Of a DNA stretch of 64,000 nucleotides, positions 60,924 to 64,000 are shown one piece after another. The stretch is from contig BFEA01000001.1 of assembly GCA_003427395.1 (NCBI GenBank), forward strand, positions 8,617,120-8,681,119, read 5' to 3'. The stretch is from Chara braunii (lineage: Eukaryota; Plantae; Charophyceae). The translations under genes were made by a program, and so were the position numbers. The notes beneath the pieces were generated by a model. It made no database searches and was not told where the DNA came from. It saw only the letters and a program-made list of their open reading frames with translations. Position 1 is the stretch's first letter. Each line of letters opens with the position of its first letter.

Positions 60924-61739
60924 GTTGTAGTTTCAACCAAAAAAAAATAAAATAAAATAAAAATCAAAAGAAAACCCCCCTTCGCCACACACAACCTTTC
61001 GAAATCTTCGGCCTTTCGAAACTCCCTCATGGTACTGGCCTCGTTTCCAAAGTCCTGTGTGGCGGCGAAGGGGGTTGGTGTTTGCTATTGCCAAACTGCC
61101 CGTGCAGGATGTCCGCCCTCCACGCAAATCTCACCACCTGGCCTCGCCACACCACTCTCCAGTTTTGTGAAAAAAGACAAAAATGTGGCGGGTGCATCTG
61201 GCCAGGTTCTAACCGGACGTTCATTCTCATTTTGCATGTGGCCATGCCCTTAGAGGCTCGCTACACAGGCTGTCGAAGAATTGCGGGTCAAAAAACAATC
61301 AATAATCAACAGGTGTCAGAATGGTACGCTCGACAGCATTCGTTTCCTGCGCCGTTCCACACAGGCTGTCACGGCCCGAGAATTTCACCATCCACACTAC
61401 TCCACATGCACAAAAGACAAAAATCATGGCGATGTATCTTTCCATGCTCTAACGGAAGATTCACTCTCGGTTTGCACATTTCGAGAGCAGTGGAGCGAGC
61501 CCCATTGTCATTGGTTGTCCAAAACAGCACGCGCCTGGACGGCGCGGAGGGCAATCTCCTTTGAACCGAGAAAAAAAATAAAATAAAAAGAATCTCCTTT
61601 GAAAAGTCGAACTTAAAAATAAAATAAAAGAAACAGCTTAATAATAATAAAAAAATCGAGCTTAACTTGCCGAGTGTCACGACGGCCGGCACAGGCAGAT
61701 GCGTCGGTCAGCGGCGGTATATGGAAGTTTATAAAAAAG

Positions 61740-62192
61740 GGGAAAATTTCGAAATGCCCCTGAAGTCTGCGTTCATTTGTGGCGTGCCCCTCTGACGGCT
61801 GACTTACCTTGTCGCACCCGTCTGACGACGAATGATGTTTCCAGAAAGGCCCTGGCGCCGTTTGGGCCTCAAACATGTTTCATATGGCCCTACAGGTACC
61901 GGTACAAAATTTTCAGTATGCCCCTACAGGCTGCCTGTTGAGAACCAGCAGAAACGTTTCCCATATGCCCTTACCGGTACCGTCCATCTTTCCAACAAGC
62001 CCCTGCCACGTTTGTTGACACTCGCAGTCCATACGAGGGAAGAGGAGGGAAGAGGGGGGAAGAGGAGTAGGGAGGACAAGGACTATGACGATGATGGATG
62101 AGGGAGGAACGAGGGAAGAGGAGTAGGGAGGACATTCGATTCGTCAGCATATACCACCTGTCCAACAAACAAGTAAACGAAAAGATGACAAC

Positions 62193-62257
<65 letters not shown>

Positions 62258-62846
62258 ACGCGCGTGCATGGAAGATGATGCCAAGAAGACGGCCCTGGTG
62301 ACGGTTAGGAGGTCGACAATCGAGGAGGAGGAGAGGGAGGGGTGACGAGGAGAAAGTTGGAGGAGGGAGAACGAGGGAAGAGGAGGGAAGAGGAGTACGG
62401 AGGACATGGACTACGGCGATGGACGAGGATAGAGGCTGGAGGCTGGAGGAGAAGATAGGAGAGCGACCAGCATGGATGGAGGAGGAGGGAGGAGGGAGGA
62501 AGGCGATGAGCATGGGTGAACGAGGAGGGAGCAGCGATCCATGGTGCGACGAACTAGAAGACTGACTGCTGCACCATTTTTCCGTGGCGGCGCGTGAAAT
62601 ACCTACCATTTTCGAGTTCGAATTGGCATCACAGAAAGATATGTGCCCCTCGTGAGTGCATTTCAAGGACGGACCGACGAAACACCACCAGCGGTCCAGT
62701 AAGGGCATATCGGAAAGTTACGCCCCATGCTGACAGGGGCCTGCAGAAAATTGCAGAGGCCCGAGGGGCATAACAGGGTAAGTCGGCTTTCACAGGGGCA
62801 CGCCGCAAATAAACGCAAACTTCAAGGGCATTTCAAAAATTTTCCG
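61740..62846. mobile_element. Non-autonomous Mutator-like (MULE) element
   Basis: Long (>70 bp) imperfect TIRs GGAAAATTTCGAAATGCCCCTGAAGTCTGCGTTCATTTGTGGCGTGCCCCT... and the reverse complement ending ...GGGCATTTCAAAAATTTTCC; subterminal GCCCCT repeats; TSD degenerate. Confidence 0.7.
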
Positions 62847-62926
62847 TTTTCAAAAAGCTATGTTTTTCTCTCAATTTCACCTCACACTACCTACCTGCCA
62901 CTACTCCTAATTGTAGGCATACGGGG

Positions 62927-63247
62927 AACACCGTAGCAGCCAGAACAGTGTTCACGAGAGAACATGCGGGGGCTGCTCTCGACCTGCAGGTGAGCGATAC
63001 CGGCTAGGGGACAACCGGTAGCATCAGGGACCATGCCAATAGGATCAATCCCTGTGCCTCCCCTCAGGTCCCCTCCCCTACAAACATCAACAGGCTCTAC
63101 TCAATGCCGGTCGGGGGATCCAGTGGTCTAACTCTAGGTGGCGGGCGCCAAGCATGCCCAGGAAGGTACATGAGGCCAATGGGGATTGAACCCAGGACCT
63201 CCTGAATGCAACTTGCGTGCCTTACCAACTGAGTTAGGCCGCTGGAT
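62927..63247 (-). mobile_element. tRNA(Ala)-like-headed SINE-like repeat, copy 1
   Basis: Reverse complement TCCAGCGGCCTAACTCAGTTGGTAAGGCACGCAAGTTGCATTCAGGAGGTCCTGGGTTCAATCCCC carries A and B boxes and a TGC anticodon-like loop. Confidence 0.7.
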
Positions 63248-63341
63248 AGTGATTTATTTATTTATGTGTTTTCTTTTTGTTTTGTTTTCTTTTTTCACAG
63301 AAACCTTTGCTCCTTTCTATTTGTGCTTTATCTAATTTTTC

Positions 63342-63699
63342 ATCCAGCGGCTAAACTCAACTCGTAAGGCACGCAAATGGCATTCAGGAGGTCTTGGGTT
63401 CAACCCCCATGGGCCTCACGTACCATCCTGGGCAAGCTTGGTGGCCACCACCTAAAGAGATGTTGTTGGTCCCCACAACTGGCATTGAACAGAGACTGCT
63501 GTCTTCATAAGGGGAGGGGAGGGGACGGGAGGGAAGGCACAGTGACTGGCCCAAAGAAGACGCTCTGCCCTAATGCTACCGGCTGCCGCCTGACAGGTTT
63601 CACCTACCTGCTGTAGTACGTATCGCACCTATTGGTGGGTGCAGCTCCCACATGTTCCCTCGTTGGAGGCTTGAGCACGGATGTGGCTGCTACGGGGTT
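63342..63699 (+). mobile_element. tRNA(Ala)-like-headed SINE-like repeat, copy 2 (divergent from copy 1)
   Basis: Homologous along its length to the reverse complement of 62927-63247. Confidence 0.7.
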
Positions 63700-63943
63700 T
63701 CTATATTCGATGGGTAATTGAATTGGTTGGGCTTAAAGAATTAGCCTTTTAAACCATCAGTACTTGGCCTATTATTGGGCCGCGGGGCTTCCCCGTTAAC
63801 GCGGCACTTCGTTCGGGGGTAGCCCAGCCAAACGCCCGGTCACTGCTACAAGGCCGGGGTCCACCGATTTCGGGTTGACACCAAAAACAGAAAGGAGAAA
63901 ATAAAGGGAAAAAAAATGAAACGGTCCTTGGGGGGGGGCGCGA

Positions 63944-63980
<37 letters not shown>

Positions 63981-64000
63981 TAGATAGATAGATAGATAGA
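63944..64000. repeat. (GA)n/(GATA)n microsatellite
   Basis: Direct repeats. Confidence 0.95.

Noticed and set aside
63180-63410. Functional tRNA-Ala genes
   Set aside because: Acceptor and anticodon stems do not pair properly, and homology extends ~250 bp beyond the tRNA-like head

Overview
Repeat-saturated eukaryotic draft-assembly window with several N gaps and three Nextera mate-pair adapter artefacts. A green-plant lineage is indicated by plant-type U2/U6 snRNA sequence and a plant-type cystathionine beta-lyase; a charophyte alga such as Chara is my inference only. Most of the window is decayed L1/Tx1-type LINEs, some nested: a ~10 kb plus-strand LINE (44386-54365) sits inside a minus-strand LINE with a 10-bp TSD. 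There is also a 9.8 kb PIF/Harbinger transposon (TIRs, TTA TSD, DDE transposase, Myb-like gene and a third ORF), several Tourist-like MITEs, a MULE-like element, tRNA-headed SINE-like repeats and microsatellites. The only clear host gene is an intact, intronless cystathionine beta-lyase-like gene (38295-39572, minus) with substitutions in otherwise conserved motifs. Most notable observations: (1) a short structured-looking RNA motif with compensatory changes, shared at the 3' ends of divergent LINE families; (2) a candidate degenerate Nudix-like domain at the ORF1 C-terminus of two different LINE families; (3) a U2 snRNA retrocopy split across 10.8 kb by three nested insertions; (4) a U6 retrocopy with a 15-bp TSD next to its own empty-site paralog.
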